From: Octopus vulgaris
Lineage: Eukaryota
DNA: 64,000 nt
Direction: 5' to 3'
NCBI GenBank assembly: GCA_951406725.2
Contig: OX597828.1
Location: forward strand, 25,978,001-26,042,000
This document shows positions 27,773 through 42,838 of the stretch, in pieces. Below the pieces are notes generated by a model, which worked only from the letters and a program-made list of their open reading frames with translations, did not search any database and was not told the DNA's origin. Numbering within the stretch: the stretch's first letter is position 1; the number at the start of each line of letters is the position of its first letter. A program made the translations under genes and the position numbers.

Positions 27773-27834
27773 AATTGCAGCGTGGAAGGTGTTTATAAGC
27801 CATTTAAGAAACACACTTCAACATTTAAATTTAA

Positions 27835-27885
27835 TTTGCCAAAATATTTTCGTCGCTTTGAGACCGCGACGTGTTCACTGACAAA
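27835..27885 (-). ncRNA. Minimal type-I hammerhead ribozyme motif, G3:C8 variant
   Basis: Minus strand: UUUGUCA [GUGAACA] C GUCGC-ggucucaaa-GCGAC [GAA] AAUAUU U UGGCAAA. Stem I is 7 bp, stem II 5 bp, stem III palindromic. Confidence 0.65.
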
Positions 27886-28658
27886 ATTCAGTGCTTGGTA
27901 GAGGGATGGAAACCTACACGTGATTTTGTCTTTGCTTTTATGGTATTTTTTTGTACTTTGTTTTCGATGGTGCTACGTGAACCTGGCTTACACCATCTGA
28001 AGATAGGCAACTATCATCGAATTGATGATACAGAAACTTAAAATTCTGAATAAAAGTCTCCATACCTGTATCATTTAATAAATATAGTCCTGCATTCCCA
28101 ACGATATTGAAGTCCACTTCTTGTTATCAAACGCACTTTGTCTATATGCTTGTGTGTGTATCTTTGTATGCATATATTTACACACGAGCACATACGCACA
28201 TACATATATGTATATACACATCAAATGTAAAATTCTTCCCCGAATTCGGAGGCTGGTGGTACCCGATGATGGAATCCATTTACAATCAGTATTTCGACCA
28301 CCAAGCACCCAGAAACAGCTGTTAGACTCGTAAAAAGTCTTATGCAACCCCTTTAATTCCTGATATCACATTCTGTGTAAGTCAGACATTTATATGTATC
28401 ACGCATTGAGTCGAACCAGGGGCAGCTGATGAAGAGGAATATTCCTTGTATTGTTTGTCTTGTACTCTGTTTTTTCGTTGTTAAAAAAAGTTCGTTTCCT
28501 TGTTTGTTTTTATGTTTTCGTTTCTCGTTGTGTTCTACGTTTATTTGTGGTGTCCTGTACTCATATATATATATATATATGCATGTATATATACATATAG
28601 ATATAGGTATGTACATATATGTATGTATGTATGCATATGTATTCATTTATTAAATTGT

Positions 28659-28703
<45 letters not shown>

Positions 28704-29804
28704 GCTTGCCTAACTTACTTGTCCTTACATTTACTCCTCTACCTGCCCAAGTTCAAATCTACGAAGTGTATTCTATAGGGAGAACACCTGTCTCTAATCT
28801 ATAAACTATATATGTATATACGTGCACATATATATATACATGTGTGTATGTATATATGTATATACGTATATATGTATGTATGTATGTATGTATCTATGTA
28901 TGGATGTATGTATGAATGTATGTATGCATATATGTATGTATGTATGTATGTATATATGTATGTATGTATGTATAGATAAGCTGCATGCCTATTCAATTAT
29001 TAAACTGATTTTGGCTTTAAATATGGAAAAAATATGAAAAAATTGTCTAAAAATTTGAAGTAGCTAAAATCTACGAAACTGGATGAATTATTTTCCAATT
29101 TTTCAAAAAAAAAGAGAGAAAGAAATGAAAGAAAAGAAAAGAAAAAAAATCCGTTTAGCCGTAAAACTCAAAAATGTATATACTAAGACTTTTTTCTATA
29201 GAAAAGATTTGTAGCAGCATGTAACTCCTTGTTTTTCCGTGTCCCCTTCTAACCCTCTCACTTTTCTTATATGCTTATATAAATTACACATGTCAAACTC
29301 ACCTTAAGAATATGTATTCCAATATGATTTCAATAGAATTATGATACAAAAACAGTCTGTGGAAAAGTATCTCAATAAATTTGTATATTTTATCCATATA
29401 AACACAGAATCAAATCCTCCTCCTCTTGAGTTGAATAGTTTAAATCGTTTTAATTACTCAAAATTTATGGCCATGAAAAAACAAAGAGCATTTGTTTCTC
29501 TTTTATACATTTTCTTCATCATAATGTGGGTGCACCTTCTTTAGTCTACCTGTCACTCTCTCTCCCGCTCTCTTTCTCCCGCTATTTTTCCCCTTCCTCT
29601 CTCTATTTCTCTTCCTTGTTTTCTCACTTCTTTTTATTTTTCTGTGTATCTTTATTCTAGTCTATCATTCTATTTGAGTCTCTCATTTTCGTCGCCCGCT
29701 CCAGTTCATTCATTCATTCGTCAATTTCTTCATCTGTTGGTCTTTCTACTATCATCACTACTTCGCGATCGTGAGTGCAACACCCTAACCACTATGCCAT
29801 GCGT

Positions 29805-29861
<57 letters not shown>

Positions 29862-30297
29862 AAGAGTTCTGTAGAAACTTGAATGAACGTGGTTCCCAAG
29901 TGTAATCCTACTTGTAAATGGTTAAATGCCCTCATGTGATTATAATTATTTATCATACATCATATATGAACTAAATATACTGCCGCGCGTATCAACATCC
30001 GTATGTGTATACTTAAAAGTACCTTGTGAAGTAGCAAGTCACGTGATTAAGACCACTTTCATTACGCCAGCTTTAATAAACTCACCATTATACCAGTGTT
30101 TTACTGAGTCTCCAGATTTAGTACTCGAAAACCCTCATCGCCATGCACCACCCACTATACCTGGTATAATGTCTTATCAAAGGAAATCAATTTAGCAGAA
30201 ATATACAGTTTTTGCCAGCCTGAGCTGTGATGCTGGAATGTGATACGTACGTTAGATAATAACATTCGATATCTGCTGTTTGCATGCGTGTGTATAT

Positions 30298-30351
<54 letters not shown>

Positions 30352-30428
30352 AGAACAATCTTACTTAGAAATGGATGCGTGAGTTCCGTCATATATATAT
30401 GTGTGTGTGTGTGTGTTTATATATATAT

Positions 30429-30546
<118 letters not shown>

Positions 30547-30561
30547 TTATATATATATATG

Positions 30562-30666
<105 letters not shown>

Positions 30667-30683
30667 ATATATATGTGTATATA

Positions 30684-30715
<32 letters not shown>

Positions 30716-30719
30716 GATA

Positions 30720-30779
<60 letters not shown>

Positions 30780-31209
30780 TGTATATGTTTGCGTATTTGT
30801 GTGTGTGTGTGTGTTTTATGAATGACTAAGTCAATGATCGCTTTGTAGCTTTGTAATTTTTGTAGCTTTATATTTGATCTCCAATGGAAGTGACAATGCT
30901 GCAGCGTCTGTTTTCACTTATACTTCATTACTTCGATATTTTTTTCACAGCTGAGAAGCAATTTTCTTCTGTTATTTCAAGAGGACTTCAAAATCTTGCC
31001 AGGATCGATTCTACGTACTTCCCGCTACAAAATAAACAAATAAATAAATACATAACTAACCTAGCAACTACAATAATACTTCAAACCAATTCAATTTAGT
31101 CTAATTCGTTTCAATTTATTGTTAGTGTTTACAACAGAAAGTAGCTTGCATCTCAAAGTACAAAAGCATCAAAACGAAAACAAAGGATAATAACAAAAAA
31201 AAAAACAAT

Positions 31210-31388
31210 AATAATCCTTTCTACTAAAGGCACAAGGATTGAAATTTTGTGGGGGAGGGGATAAATCGATTACATTAACCCCAGGCAAAATCGATCTCAG
31301 CGGAATTCGAACTCAGAACGTAGCAACAGGCGAAATATCGCCAAGCATTTCGTCTAGCATGCTAACGATTCTACGAGCATGCTGCCTT
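31210..31388 (-). mobile_element. SINE family A (internally deleted)
   Basis: Reverse-complement tail and head; part of the core is missing. Confidence 0.7.
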
Positions 31389-31404
31389 AATAATAATAAT
31401 AATA

Positions 31405-31456
<52 letters not shown>

Positions 31457-31584
31457 GGATGATGATGATGATGATGACGACGACGATGATGATGATCATG
31501 ACGATGATGATGATGATGATGATTTCATTTTATTTTATAAAATGATAATGATAAGAAGAAGAAGAAGAAACAAGATGGAGAAAG

Positions 31585-32167
31585 AATAAACAATTGGAAA
31601 ATGGAATCACTGCATGGACAATGCCTCAGAGAAATCGAAGGAAAAGAAGGAATATAAGATACTGCTGGATTTTAGAATCCAGTGTGAGTCCGTAATCGAG
31701 GCTCGGAGACCAGATGTTGTTGTGGAAGATAAAAGAAAAAAGGAAACAGAGGTTATAGACATTACAATACTTGGAGATGCACGCGTAAGTGACAAAGAAC
31801 TAGAAAAGATTGAAAAGTACAGACTATTACAAGACAAAATTGCAAGAATGCGGGCAATGAGGTGAGTGTCTGTCATTCCAGTAGTTGTAGGGGCACTCGG
31901 GGGCACTAACAATTAAGTTCGAGAAATATGTTAAAGAAATCGTAATTGATATGAGAGCAGAGCAAACCATAAGATCTGGTCTGCTAGGGAGAGTTAGGAT
32001 TTTGATATTGGTACTTGGGCGTTGAATGTCTCTCACGATAATTAACAACCAAGTATCAACGCTTATGATGTGCGGAGACTTCTGACAACAGGCTGCTGTC
32101 TGTTCTCACAGAATCTACCAGAGCAAACAAGACCGAACGCTCTGAGAAGTAAAACAATAATAATAAT
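31585..32167 (+). mobile_element. R4/Dong-type LINE 3' fragment (REL endonuclease)
   Basis: YKILLDFRIQCESVIEARRPDVVVEDK...VIDITILGDARVSDKELEKIEKYRLL...VIPVVVGALG; ends in (aat)n. Confidence 0.85.
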
Positions 32168-32389
32168 CATGATAATAATTGTTTCACATTTTGGCACAGA
32201 GACAACAGATTTTCTTGTTTGAGGGAGGAAGAAATGAAATAGACCAACCCCAAAACTTGAGTACTACTTATTTTATCGACCATGAACGTAAAGCCAAAAG
32301 TAATGCCGCTACGCATTTTGCTCTGCAAAGCGATTCTAGCATCTCGCTGACTTAACACCAACATGAACAACAATATGAACACAACAGTG

Positions 32390-33070
32390 CCCGAGTATTG
32401 CTGATTTCTAGGTTTATGTCGAACACTTGTTGCGTGTTGGACGGATCCGACTACTGGCTGTGTCCATTGTGAAGATCGTCCTGCCTTCCTTAGGCTGAGA
32501 AGGTCAGTCAGTGGTTATAAATTATCCATGGGCCCCAACCCAAAAGTCCTCCAGAACATATCAGTGAGTTGATTCTCGTCTACAACCAAAGTCTCCCCGA
32601 GAACGTCGTCACTCCTGCTCGTTACTAAACCCTTGTTCGATCCTCAAGTGGAACTTCTGCCGATCGCATTGCACGACTGGCAGAAATCTCTAGGTGCCAA
32701 GCACGCCGTCTCGTCCTACTCCTCATCTAGGACGGCAACTCAGTCAGAGACGAGCCGCGGAAAAGCGAGTCTTACAAATGGTGACCACAATTACTCAGCA
32801 TCAAGAGAACACTGGAGATGCTGCAGCTTCAGGGCATTCCCACTCCTCCACTCAGTATGTTAAACTGGTACTCCGTCGGTTGTGACGACGAGAGTCCCTG
32901 TTTTTCTCCACTTGGAGATCTGGACCAAGCCAGACCCCTAGCAATGTAAATGGTCCGTCCGTCCAGCGTCGCATCAAGTTGTCGGATGGCATGGACCTGT
33001 GACTCACTTGCACCCGAAAAAATCGTGTAACCACTCCTATGAGTCCTGGAACTGGAGACAGTAATGTCAA
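32390..33070 (-). mobile_element. Tx1/L1-clade LINE relic
   Basis: RRWTDGPFTLLGVWLGPDLQVEKN, WSPFVRLAFPRLVS, DDVLGETLVVDENQLTDMFWRTFGLGPMDN, separated by frameshifts and deletions. Confidence 0.65.
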
Positions 33071-33829
33071 CAGTCTGAAGATGACAATGATGAGGATGAT
33101 GATGATGATGAAGAGGAGGAGGAGGAGGAGGAGGAGGAGGAAAGGCTGTGACATTAGCGACTTCATTTCGCAATTATGGGCGCATGAGTTCAATGCGTGT
33201 GCCTGGCAACCCGATCATATGCTTTTACCCTAGTCTCGGTTGCACCCATGTCTTGCGAATGAAAGTGGGGGATGGGAACTATGAGGAATCACATGTACCG
33301 ACTGTAATTAATAGATCCCATCTGGTCACACTTCTCTGTGGAATACTCACCTACTTGGTACGCTAATTCGACTTTCATTCGTCGACATCAACGGAAGAGT
33401 CTATTATCGCAAATATATGGACGCAGACGTTGTCGCGTAGTTAACAAGCTCACTGCGTGGTCTTTTTATCAAATGACTATACCTTTACTATATCCACGGT
33501 CCGAATCATGCTTCGCAAAGGAAACTAAGTAGCTGGGTGGGTTGTACCCGAAATTCAAAAAGTTTTAGGCTTGTCGGACGTTCGGTTGATCAAACAAATC
33601 AGTTGTTTCGTCGAAACCGAGGGAGGATACATTGTCCATTGTGTCCTTTGGTTTTTAATCGGTAAAGTATGAGTTGAGTTGAAGGAGACTGGGTATCTAA
33701 TTCTAACCAAGAGATTCCGTTACTCACTTAAGGGCTGTTTTTTTTTTAATCTTTAAGACTATTGCGTCCGGTTTCCCGTTTCCATGGCGTGTAGATGACT
33801 GGAATCCCACAATATGCCCTTTTAATGTT

Positions 33830-34030
33830 CGGGAGCAGCAAATTTAGGGGAGCGGACGAATTAATTACAACGACTCCGGTACTTGACTGTTATTTTATTT
33901 TATCGACCCGGAAAGCATGATAGTAAAAGCTGATCTCAGTGTAATTCGAACTCAGAACATAATGATTCGAAATAAGTGCCGCTAAGCATTTTTGCTAGAC
34001 AGATTAACAATTTTGCTAAGCTCTCCGCCT
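33830..34030 (-). mobile_element. SINE family A (degraded)
   Basis: ttatcgacccggaaagcatga...ttcgaactcagaac...ccgctaagcattt...ctctccgcc. Confidence 0.7.
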
Positions 34031-34135
34031 GTTAATTGTATGCAGTGAAATAATTGTCAGCACAGTACCAGCATATCTAGGAGTAAATGTTAAAAAGTGT
34101 CAGAGAGAAAGAATTCGGTGTGACCTTAATTGACA

Positions 34136-34345
34136 CGGAAGTGAAATTTCAGCGGATCCGGAAGTAATGACACGTGACGAACTAATCAGTTCCGTAGAGA
34201 TCATCAAGCATAATATTTCACGGAATTATAGAATGATGGAGACATGACAGGTGGGAAGGGAGTGAATGAAGTTTGCATTAGATGACGTCATGCACGGTAA
34301 ACAGAGTATGTTTGGAGGTTTGAAGTAAGGGCGGCGGGGGCAGGA
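34136..34345. promoter_or_regulatory. Candidate promoter/enhancer motif cluster
   Basis: ETS-type CGGAAGT at 34136 and 34159, E-box CACGTG at 34171, CRE palindrome ATGACGTCAT at 34282 and GC box at 34329, all in non-repetitive sequence. Confidence 0.4.
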
Positions 34346-34921
34346 GTGTTCTTATACTGAGGTGGGGAGGGGTGTTTTAATTCTGTTTTCGTTTTCAAAT
34401 ATTTTTTTCGATGTTTCGTTAGTACATTTTTTTTTTTAGATACTATTCTTGAAAAATGTTGAAGAAATACCATGTGACATGAGCAAATTGCAATGACATT
34501 TCTTAAACAAATAACTCAACTCATGCTATGTTGGTATAAAATTGAAACAGCTTCGATATCGTCTTCAGCAACAGCTACAACAGCAACAACAACAACAACG
34601 ATAACAAAAACAAAAACAACAAGAGAAGAAACCTTAAGAAGTGTGAATTGATGGATGATAGTTTTTTATTTTTCTTTCTTAATTTTTAAGACAACATTAA
34701 ACGTTCGAGTTACCTAATAACGTTGTATAAATCTGACTAGCATGTGGTGATAACATGTGGTGCACATGTAGTGTGCATGGAGCACGCCGAGTCACATCGG
34801 AAGTTAGAGAATTAAGTCACGACTCACAAACGGATGAAAGATGTGATCATCATCGTCGTCATCTATATACAAATATATATGATATATATATATATATATA
34901 TACATATGTGTGTGTGTGTAT

Positions 34922-34959
<38 letters not shown>

Positions 34960-35014
34960 TTACATGTATATATATATATATATACATACATGTATATATA
35001 TATATATATATATT

Positions 35015-35356
35015 CCTTTATTCTTTTATTTGTTTCAGTCATTTGACTGCGGCCATGCTGGATCACCGCCTTTAGTCGAGTAAATCGACACCAGGACTCA
35101 TTCTTTGTAAGCCTAGTACTTATTCTATCGGTCTATCTTGCCGAACCGCTAAGTGACGGGGACGTAAACACACCGGCATCGGTTGTCAAGCGATGTTTGG
35201 TGGGGGAAACACAGACACACATGGCACAGAAAGTGTGTCAATAGCCAGCTGGAGGAGGTGTCCTTCTGGGGCTACAAGCTACAGTAGCATCCGCCCTTAG
35301 GGGTTAGCCATATTTAAATGGCAAATATACTTCACGATATATATATATACATATAC

Positions 35357-35445
<89 letters not shown>

Positions 35446-35455
35446 CATACATATA

Positions 35456-35519
<64 letters not shown>

Positions 35520-35637
35520 CCACGGGCTTCTTTCAGTTTCCGTATACCAAATCTACTCACAAGCCTTTGGTCAGCCCGAGGCTATAGTAGAAGACACTTG
35601 TCCAAGGTGCCACGCAGTGGGACTGAACCTGGAACCA

Positions 35638-35640
<3 letters not shown>
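35015..35640 (-). mobile_element. SINE family B split at its internal microsatellite
   Basis: 3' half at 35015-35220 and 5' half at 35520-35640, with about 120 bp of unrelated sequence plus expanded AT/TACA repeats between. Confidence 0.85.
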
Positions 35641-35707
<67 letters not shown>

Positions 35708-35710
35708 ATA

Positions 35711-36890
35711 TGAGATACTTGGAAGCAAACTTTATGAGGAAGTGGAAAAAAACTTTTGATCAGGAGTACAAGTAATATATCATTACAAAGTGGAAACGCT
35801 TCCTTAATGATTGCTTCATCTTCTGGGACAGATCGAACGAGGATCTGAATATATTTAACAATATACTGAATACACTTCACCCATCCATCAACTTCAGGAC
35901 AGAATCCAGTTGCAATGAATTACCATTCCTGGATATCCACATAAAAATACAGAACTCCACAGTCACAACAGACATATTTTACAAATATTAACTGACACAC
36001 ACCAATATTTAAATTTCTACTCTTGCCATCGATCACACATCAAAAGAAAAATCCCGTACAGCATGGCAAGACGCATCTGTATTATAGTGACAGATCCCAA
36101 AATACGTGAAAGCCGAAGAAATACCCCTTAGGATTGATTAATGAGGGAATAAAAAAGGCAATGAACCTGAACATCACCCAACTACGGACACCCAAGGAAA
36201 AAGTTAATGAAAACACGATTCCGTTCATTAACTCACACAGCCCTGGAATAACCAACATCTTTCACGCCATAAAATCGAACTTACCTATATACTCCTACAA
36301 AGCCCCAAAATGAAAACTCTGATTGAAAAAAAACACCTTACGGAATAGCAGGCACCAACCGAAAAATCTTTAAAAAAAAACAGCTCACAAGGACAGAATT
36401 CAAATCAGAGAATGAATCAAAATTCTAAGTAAAAGAATATGGAGGTTGGAGTGGTGGAACATGCAACAATATCAACAATTTGAAATACTTGGAAAGTGGT
36501 TCCCACAAAAAATTCGAGAGCGGATCCCATTTCAAAATAAATGCAGATATGAACTGCAAAATGCAAAACCTCATATACTGCATTACCTGTCCAAACTGCA
36601 AAGAAAATTACATTGGCGAAACAAATAATTCCCGCTGCCAACGTGCAAGTATCCACAGGCAACATATCTGACAAGAAGAATTACGCAAGATTCCATTAAT
36701 TATGCATCTGGAAATATACAGCAACGGAAAATTTCAAAATTTTTCTCTTTTATAAATGTGCACGGGACGATCTGCAATACCGAAAAGCAATGGAACTACA
36801 TTTCAGCAAAAAATTCTCTCCAAAATTGAATGTTTGGAAGAAAAGCGGAAACAGTACATTTTGTATTCTAAATATAACTCAAATATCGGA
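35711..36890 (+). mobile_element. Penelope-like element: RT C-terminus, linker and GIY-YIG (disrupted)
   Basis: KWKRFLNDCFIFW (RT DD motif mutated), LNTLHPSINF, ELPFLDI, TDIFYK, QYLNFYSCH..HIKRKIPYSMARRI, NLIYCITCPNCKENYIGETN. Multiple stops and frameshifts. Starts at an (AT)n tract. Confidence 0.9.
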
Positions 36891-37082
36891 ACCATAATGC
36901 TCATCTCTGTAAATATTTAGGCGTAGATGTGTGGCATCGAGATGATCTGAGCTTTGCGTGTTCTTCTAGTTTGTGTTATACTAATGTTCTCTAATGCAAA
37001 AACATGAAATTGAGAGAAGCGTGATTTTGTTTTCCAATGCAAAACATCGAAGTTACACAGTATAAACATGGGCTTGTTCCCG

Positions 37083-37142
<60 letters not shown>

Positions 37143-37520
37143 CACATACTTCATCAAGGGATTCTCTCAAAAATTGAATGTTTCAAAGAAAAATGGAGAC
37201 AGTACATTTTGAATTCTAAATATAACTCAAAGAGCAGGAAAAGAAAGATGGAAAAAGAAGGAAAGAGGTGAAAAAGGAAGAAAAGGAAAAAGAAGGGAAG
37301 AAGAGGGAGAGAGAAAGGAAGCAAAAGACTTTCAATGAAGACCACACCATACCTGCTTTTTGAGGGGAGGGGGAGAGAGTTTACCATCCTTAAAGCCATT
37401 CCAATACAATGGTAAAGGACTAAATAAATAAACGAATGGTGGATAAGAAGGGGTATCCTCCTTCTCTACCTATCTATCTCTCTATCTATCTATGTGCCTG
37501 GCTATCTATCTATCTTTCTT

Positions 37521-37585
<65 letters not shown>

Positions 37586-37596
37586 GTGCCTGGCTC

Positions 37597-37667
<71 letters not shown>

Positions 37668-38014
37668 ATCTATCTATCTATCTATCTATTTATCTATCAA
37701 TCAACCTATCTACTTACCTACCTTTCTATTTATCTATTTCCATTGTAATGGAGCCTCACTCCGCCACCCCCCAATGCCCCCCACCCCCAAAAAAAACATG
37801 TTTTATATGAATGAACAAGCTTGAATGAACAAGCTTTGTACCTTCACAAAATTCTATTTGACAAGTTCGAGAAAGGAACGAAAGCACTAACAATAATGAA
37901 GAAATGAAAAGATTTTTTTTCCAAAATTTTGGCGACCTTTCTTCTCACTGTATACCTTACTGCGGTCATGCTGCAGTCGTGCTAGATCAACACAGTAGTC
38001 TTTTTGATTTCCTC

Positions 38015-38493
38015 AGTCTGGGGTGTTTCACCTCAGCACTCCTGTATTATGCTTTTGTCCTAGCTGGGCCCATTTGGTGTATAAGGGAGTTTGATTCTTC
38101 TGCCATCGTCTGCACCCCATGTCGGGCTGTTGGTCCATCCAGTTCCCTTTTAAAGACATCTACCTCCACTTTATGCAGATTTTGAAATTTTTACGGCAGG
38201 GCATTGAAGAGCTGTGAGCCTTTGAACCCTAGACTACTGCAGTTGCTCGTCCTGAATTTAGATGGAGTGGATGATACCTTTGATACAATACAATGGCGGC
38301 TAGTTTTGACGTTTGCATTAACACTCAATGTCGAAATTAGATACTAGCCCATATCTAGATTATTGCATGTCTCTCACGCCTTCGCTCTAGAGAGTGAAGT
38401 TGCAGCTCTCTTAGACTATCCTTGTGGCTCACCCGTTGCACTGTTTCAATTTTTTTAGTGTAGTGGCGTTGAACTGCTTCAATCTCCGCTGTT
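38015..38493 (-). mobile_element. CR1-group LINE 3' end
   Basis: AEIEAVQRHYTKKI...LRELQLHSLERRRERHAII...SSLGFKGSQLFNALP...VDVFKRELD. Confidence 0.88.
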
Positions 38494-38526
38494 ATATATA
38501 TATATATGTATATTATATAAATATGT

Positions 38527-38572
<46 letters not shown>

Positions 38573-39229
38573 GGATTAATGTTGCTAACGTGTCGAACTA
38601 CCACATACTGATTTCCTTAATGACGTTTGTCGTTCACAACACCAACGGCACACCACCAGCGGTAGCAGTAGCATCACCAGTAGCAATAGCAGAAGCGGTA
38701 GCAGTGGCAGCAGCCGCGGCATCTGGACAGCAGAATAGAATGTCACGATTTGGTTCAAAATCAAAGACGCTAACCTACACACAAGCCAAACATTGAAAGA
38801 AAAATGAAAAGGGATTTAAAAAAAAGAAAAGAAAGAAAGAAAATAGAAAGGAAGGAAAGAAGAAAGGAAGGAAGAAGGAAGGAAGGAAGGAAAGAAAGAA
38901 AGAAAGGAAGAAAGAAACAAGAAAGGGTTGATGGAATTTCTTACACGATACAATAGTGCGTAAATTAGAATGAAGAATACGTCCATTAGAATAATTCCTT
39001 CTTATAACAACTTTCTCTTTAAACTGATCGATTATCTGACGAAACTAAATAACAGTGTCGTGCCAAACAATTACAAACCCAATTTCTAACTAAGTTACGA
39101 CCATCTTGTTTTAGTGGCTGCCATCTTGCTTTTGATTGCTATACACTTAATTCTTCGCTTTCTCATCCGAAATTTCGTTGAGATTTCCTTGTAGTAATAC
39201 ATACATACACACATTATATATATACATAC

Positions 39230-39304
<75 letters not shown>

Positions 39305-39405
39305 TACAAGCAACAATATTTATATAACTTCTCAGTGTGTGTGCTTGTATATCTACGTGTATATATATATATGTGCGTGTGTGTGTATACATATATACTT
39401 ATACG

Positions 39406-39482
<77 letters not shown>

Positions 39483-39484
39483 GC

Positions 39485-39529
<45 letters not shown>

Positions 39530-39739
39530 ATATACACATACTTATATACGTACATTTGAATGTACATGCTTTTTTTATATTATACAGTTTCCCTTGTATT
39601 TTATTTCATTAAATTTGTTCTTATTTTTTAATTGTTTTACCTACTTTCATTTTGTTTTGTCTTTCTTATCAATCCTAATAGAAACCGCCTCTCTGACTCT
39701 TCCTTATATTTATTTAAATTTACTTTGTTGTTGCGGTTA

Positions 39740-39808
<69 letters not shown>

Positions 39809-40045
39809 GGCAATGGCAAGAGGAGGAATTTCTCGCTCCTTATAAAAGTGACAATTACTGTTCTTTCTTAGTTTCAACGAAGACGAGAAATCAATGTTGT
39901 GTATTGACCAAACTTTCGCTCTGCAAATATATAAGACACATTCAATGGACCTTCCAGACGCCTAACAACAACAAACGTTTTTTTACGAGAGGAAAACCTA
40001 CAGTGTAAACATTTATAAACACACAGGCACATATATATGCAAATA

Positions 40046-40077
<32 letters not shown>

Positions 40078-40116
40078 CGTACTTAAGTCTACATGCATAC
40101 ATACATACATACATAC

Positions 40117-40167
<51 letters not shown>

Positions 40168-40202
40168 CGTACTTAGGTCTACATGCATACATACATACAT
40201 AC

Positions 40203-40275
<73 letters not shown>

Positions 40276-40516
40276 TGTGTGTGTGTGTGAGCGTGGGTAT
40301 GTGCATGATATCATAGTCACACACAAAGTCACCCCCACACTCATACATAAATATTTAGATTGCTACCTTGTAAAGCTAACCACCCCTTCCTCCTACCCGA
40401 CTGCACCCCACCACGTACACGCGCGTGCGCAAAGAAAAAGGAAAAGAAAAAAGACCCAGTAAGACAGGAAGAAGGAAAATAACAATGAAAACAACAACAA
40501 TACCACCGCCACCAGC

Positions 40517-40598
40517 ACTAATAATAATAATAATAATACTGACGATGATGATAATGATGATGATGAAGTTGGTGGCGGTAACAGTAATAATGATGATG

Positions 40599-40655
<57 letters not shown>

Positions 40656-40669
40656 TTAATAATAATAAT

Positions 40670-40767
<98 letters not shown>

Positions 40768-40918
40768 TAATATAAATAATAATGATAATAACAACACCAC
40801 CATCAACATCATCAAGAAGGAGAGGAAGAAGAAGAAGAAGAAGAAGAAGAAGAAGAAGAAGGAGAAGAAGAAGAAGAAGAAGAAGGAGGAGAAGAAGAAG
40901 AAGAAGAAGAAGAAGAAG

Positions 40919-40951
<33 letters not shown>

Positions 40952-40952
40952 A
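40517..40952. repeat. Compound (ATA)n-(GAA)n-(CAA)n microsatellite
   Basis: Directly visible. Confidence 0.95.
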
Positions 40953-41411
40953 ATAGAGAAACAAGTAGTAAGGTAATAGAGAAAGAAGGAAAGAAATTTA
41001 ATGGCTTTTCAGTCGATATCACTTGTTATTGAATAAGAATCGACACCCGTGAAAAGTCTTCTACAATCTGATTGATTTTTAACGAATCAAAGTATGCTTG
41101 CTAGTTTGTAAGATAAAGTCGTTTGATAGAGTTGTATAATACGGCCATTAGGCAAGCTGAACGGCTGGCGATGAGACAGCAAGAGCGGACGATAACATCT
41201 TCGGGGACGTTTATACCAGAGACACGAGAAACTAACAACGAAATATACACAAGAAACAAAAAAAAAAAACAGAAAAAACATTAGAAATAAGAAATACAAG
41301 ACTCTTCACCACCCCTACAGAAAAAATAACCAAAAACATGCACAGGCACAAATCGAAACACACACACACACACACACAAGTGTATGTATAAATGCATGTA
41401 TGTATATATAC

Positions 41412-41477
<66 letters not shown>

Positions 41478-41612
41478 GTATATATGCATATATATATACA
41501 TATATATACACAAATTCATATGTATATATATATCTATACATATATATGTATATGATTATATAGATAGAGAGATAGATGGATGTCTACATATATATATATT
41601 CATTTACATACA

Positions 41613-41687
<75 letters not shown>

Positions 41688-42029
41688 ATATATATATATA
41701 TATATGTTGTATTTGTAAAACATATATGTCTTTTTATGTATGTGTATATATGTACATATAAATATATAAATATATATATATATTTATTTATTTATATACA
41801 TTAATGTGTATAAACTGAGAACCGCGGACGGATGAACCCACGCAAGACACACAGACTCACAATCAGAAGCAGAGTACGCGCGCGCGCACCCGTGTGCGTG
41901 TGTGTTATTTGTCAGTATATGCATAAAAAACTTCTACATAATCACATACATGTATACATATATCTATTTATACACACACACAGACATATATATATATATA
42001 TATATATACACCCACGCACACGCATATAC

Positions 42030-42085
<56 letters not shown>

Positions 42086-42138
42086 AGAGATAAAGTGAGA
42101 GTGAGAGCGGTTGATTGATCATACGTATGTAGAAATTC

Positions 42139-42170
<32 letters not shown>

Positions 42171-42179
42171 ATACATCTA

Positions 42180-42218
<39 letters not shown>

Positions 42219-42219
42219 G

Positions 42220-42332
<113 letters not shown>

Positions 42333-42545
42333 GTCCTGCCCGCCAAATTTGGTTCCTGTGTTCGCTGAACTTTCTTTGTAGTTTGATCGTTCATGATCTA
42401 TTTCTAGCATACGGCCGACTACCTAGCAGTCTTGCCCTGTAAATATACACATGTATTAGAATTTTCTCTAATTTTTCAGATTATTTGTATGCTAGACTAC
42501 TGGTTTTAAATTGATATTAAAATTAATATTAATTTATCTCCCTCA

Positions 42546-42585
<40 letters not shown>

Positions 42586-42791
42586 TAAGCAATTAAGGGT
42601 TTAGCAACGAATTGCCTTACCGCACACCGAATTTAGAAATAGCAGTCAAAGAGATTATAGCTATTTCTTCTACTAAAAGGGAGATCTCAGCAAAAACACA
42701 GCATTTGAAAGGCAAAACACAAACAGGTAAGAGAGAATGAATTAACGGCAATCTATCATACAGTTTTAAGTCACCTACGGACGTACGTTTC

Positions 42792-42838
<47 letters not shown>

